A stretch of DNA of 64,000 nucleotides, taken from assembly GCA_046290225.1 (NCBI GenBank), contig JBKAGE010000035.1:416001-480000 (forward strand), written 5' to 3'. The position numbers and the translations under genes were made by a program. This document shows positions 61,635-64,000 of this stretch, piece after piece. Source of the stretch: Bradymonadia bacterium (lineage in GTDB: Bacteria; Myxococcota_A; Bradymonadia; UBA7976; UBA1532). How positions within the stretch are numbered: position 1 is the first letter of the stretch; each line of letters begins with the position of its first letter. The notes under the pieces are model-generated. The model had not been told where the DNA came from. It saw only the letters and a program-made list of their open reading frames with translations, and did not search any database.

Positions 61635-62526
61635 GTCGACATCACCTTTGCAGCTCTATGTCGTCACCGGCCTCTCGGGATCAGGCATCTCCACGGCCAT
61701 CCACGCCCTTGAAGATCTGGGCTTCTTCTGTGTCGACAACCTGCCACCGCCTCTGATCCCCGACGTCATCCGGCTCGCCGCCGAGAATGGTCAGACCAAC
61801 CACCTCGTGCTCGGCATCGACGCCCGGGCGGTGCACGCACCTGAAGAGATTCACAATCTGCTCACCCTGCTCAATCAGACCACTGAAGAGCTCGGCGTCG
61901 ACCAGCACATCTTCTTTCTCGAGGCGTCACCTTCGGCATTGCAGAAGCGGTACAGCGTCTCCCGGCGGCCTCACCCCCTCGGCGCCGATACGCCGCTGAT
62001 CGACGCCATCAACGCCGAGCGGGTGATGATGCACCCGTTCAGAGAGGTGGCCCATCAGGTCCTCGACACCACCGCCCTGAATGTGCACGACTGCAAAAGG
62101 GCCGTGCAGGGCTTTGTCGGTGGGGGGCACGATCGGCTCGCGGTCTCCGTGATCAGCTTCGGCTTTCGCCATGGTGTACCCCATGAAGCCGACATCGTCT
62201 GGGACGTACGATTTTTGCCCAACCCGCATTTCAACCCCGAGCTCAGACCGCTCAGTGGTCGGGACGCAGGGGTGAGAGATTACGTGCTCGCCCAACCGGC
62301 CACGCAGAGGTTCCTTGGTGGGTTTCTGCCCTTGCTCGATGAGTCGCTGCCCTACTACCAGAGCGAGGGCAAGAGCTACCTGACCGTGGCCATCGGATGC
62401 ACCGGCGGGCGTCATCGCTCAGTGGCCCTCGCAGAGCACATCGGCGCTCACTTGAGCGATCACGGCACCCAGGCCCAGGTGCGTCATCGAGACATCGACA
62501 AGGGCGGAGAGAAGGTGCGCTCATGA
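61627..62526 (+). CDS. rapZ: RNase adapter RapZ (YvcJ family)
   Basis: TGLSGSG, EDLGFFCVDNLP, RRPHPL, SFGFRHG, DVRFLPNPHF, IGCTGGRHRSV. Confidence 0.96.
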   Translation: MSESTSPLQLYVVTGLSGSGISTAIHALEDLGFFCVDNLPPPLIPDVIRLAAENGQTNHLVLGIDARAVHAPEEIHNLLTLLNQTTEELGVDQHIFFLEASPSALQKRYSVSRRPHPLGADTPLIDAINAERVMMHPFREVAHQVLDTTALNVHDCKRAVQGFVGGGHDRLAVSVISFGFRHGVPHEADIVWDVRFLPNPHFNPELRPLSGRDAGVRDYVLAQPATQRFLGGFLPLLDESLPYYQSEGKSYLTVAIGCTGGRHRSVALAEHIGAHLSDHGTQAQVRHRDIDKGGEKVRS

Positions 62527-62930
62527 TCGGCGCTGTCATCTGCACCCATCACACCCTCGCCCAGGCCTTGCTCGAGGCCGCGTGCATGATCGTCGGCGAG
62601 TTCCCCGCCGTAGAAGCCGTGTCGGTGCTCCCTGGGGAGAGCATGGACGAGATCCGCGAGCGTCTGCAGTCTGCCATCGGCAACGTCGACCATGGAGATG
62701 GCGTGCTGGTCATGTGCGACATGTTCGGGGGCACCCCGTCGAACCTGAGCTTGTCTTTCCTCAAAGATGACGTCGAAGTGATCACGGGGGTGAATTTGCC
62801 CATGTTGATCAAGTTCTTTACGTGTCGCACCGAGCCTCTTGGTGAGGTGGCGCAGATGATCTGCGATCACACCCGAGAGAACGTGCTGGTGGCCGGCGCG
62901 CTGTTGCGCCGGCGGAGAGGAGGGGCATGA
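62523..62930 (+). CDS. PTS mannose-family EIIA
   Basis: VICTH, DMFGGTPSN, ITGVNLPML. Confidence 0.93.
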   Translation: MIGAVICTHHTLAQALLEAACMIVGEFPAVEAVSVLPGESMDEIRERLQSAIGNVDHGDGVLVMCDMFGGTPSNLSLSFLKDDVEVITGVNLPMLIKFFTCRTEPLGEVAQMICDHTRENVLVAGALLRRRRGGA

Positions 62931-63412
62931 ATCCCTTCTATCGAATCGACAATCGACTGGTGCACGGCCAGATCATCGCCACGTGGATGCCCAAGTTGCG
63001 GCTCGAGCGTATCGTGATCATCTCCGACACCGTGCCCGACAACGACATGCAGATGTCGCTCTTCGGCATGTGCGTACCGCCACAGATCACCTTCGACGCC
63101 TTCAAGATCAAAGAGGGTGCTCAGTGGCTGACCACGCGACGGTACGGGCGCAGCAGCACCCTGGTGTTGATGGAGGGTCCTGAGCAGGCTGCGGGTTTGT
63201 TCAAGAACGGGCACCCGTTCCCCACCCTCAACATCGGCAACGTGCATCACACGCCCGGCAGCCGTGAGTTCACCAGTGCGGTGCATCTCAACGACGCCCA
63301 GCTCGAGAAGCTGAGCGCCCTGATGCGTCGGGGAGTGAAGGTGGAGATCCAGAGTCTGCCCACCGACAACCCCATCAACCTCAAACACGCCATGAGCTCT
63401 TCGCATCTGTGA
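62927..63412 (+). CDS. PTS mannose/sorbose-family EIIB
   Basis: RIDNRLVHGQI, LNIGNVH. Confidence 0.93.
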   Translation: MNPFYRIDNRLVHGQIIATWMPKLRLERIVIISDTVPDNDMQMSLFGMCVPPQITFDAFKIKEGAQWLTTRRYGRSSTLVLMEGPEQAAGLFKNGHPFPTLNIGNVHHTPGSREFTSAVHLNDAQLEKLSALMRRGVKVEIQSLPTDNPINLKHAMSSSHL

Positions 63413-64000
63413 ACGTCTCTGCCCTGGCCATCGAGCTGGTCCTTATCACCCTCGCCGGGGCTTTTGTCTGCCTCGATCGTCGGGGGGCGTTCCAGCTCAT
63501 GATCTCACAGCCTCTGGTGGTGGTGCCCGTCATGGGCCTCGCCCTCGGAGATGTGGGCCTCGGGCTTTGGATCGGTGCGATTTTGCAGCTGTTGTGGGTT
63601 TCGAACCTGCAGGTGGGCACCAACGTACCCCCGAACGAAACCACTGCGGCGGTGGTCATCGGGGGCATGGCGCTGCTGTATCAGCGCCATTGTGTCGGGG
63701 TTCAGTGCACCCCCGTGGGTACAGATCAGGTGAACATGGCCCTCTCGGCCCTCGCCGTCTTGATCGGCGCACCGGTGTCGATGGTGGCACGATCCCTCGA
63801 CGTGCGCATCGATCGGGCCAACCTGAGCCTGGTGAGCCGCGCCGACGAGGCCGCCAAGGCCGGCGCCCCTCGGGTCATCACCTGGTTGTTGTTCTTGGGG
63901 CTGGCCCGCATCTTCTTGAGCGCCGTGGTGGTCATCGCCCCGGCCCTCATCGCCGGCTTCGCTGCCATCATGGTCATTGATCCGATCCTCTCGGGGCCGC
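63409..64000 (+). CDS. PTS mannose-family EIIC (partial; not in ORF track)
   Basis: Manual translation from GTG 63409: ...LDRRGAFQLMISQPLVVVPVMGLALGDVGLGLWIGAILQLLW..NLQVGTNVPP. Confidence 0.88.
   Translation, partial: MNVSALAIELVLITLAGAFVCLDRRGAFQLMISQPLVVVPVMGLALGDVGLGLWIGAILQLLWVSNLQVGTNVPPNETTAAVVIGGMALLYQRHCVGVQCTPVGTDQVNMALSALAVLIGAPVSMVARSLDVRIDRANLSLVSRADEAAKAGAPRVITWLLFLGLARIFLSAVVVIAPALIAGFAAIMVIDPILSGP

Noticed and set aside
59984..64000. ptsN-hprK-rapZ-PTS(Man) cluster as a novel system
   Set aside because: Known conserved arrangement downstream of rpoN in deltaproteobacteria

Overview
GC-rich (roughly 60-65% by eye) bacterial chromosome segment. The gene content (Cys-rich CDGxDNDCDG lipoproteins, a MYXO-CTERM-like motif, the kdsB-pyrG-kdsA-lptAB-rpoN-ptsN-hprK-rapZ-PTS(Man) block) points to Myxococcota or a related deltaproteobacterium; this is inference. 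The window is probably origin-proximal, since it has rsmG-parA-parB and two parS-like 16-mers. Housekeeping genes (cysS, valS, suhB, pyrG, kdsA/B, rpoN) flank an accessory middle section. Two candidate systems stand out. (1) A four-gene minus-strand cassette: lipoprotein TPR-CHAT (caspase-like) protease, lipoprotein subtilase (S8), membrane anti-sigma-like protein and ECF sigma (26040-32846). (2) A tightly coupled orphan receiver domain, 1087-aa SIR2-domain protein and DUF4132-like gene (39465-44762), a possible regulated NAD-depletion or defence module whose SIR2 has Asn in place of the usual KxHG His. Also seen: several structured intergenic elements (49060-49335, 58706-58940, 60474-60661), operator-like palindromes, an actinobacterial/archaeal-type ValRS, and unusual secreted-protein architectures. 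I recognised no rRNA, tRNA, CRISPR array or transposase. All family calls come from motif recognition by eye; no database search was run.
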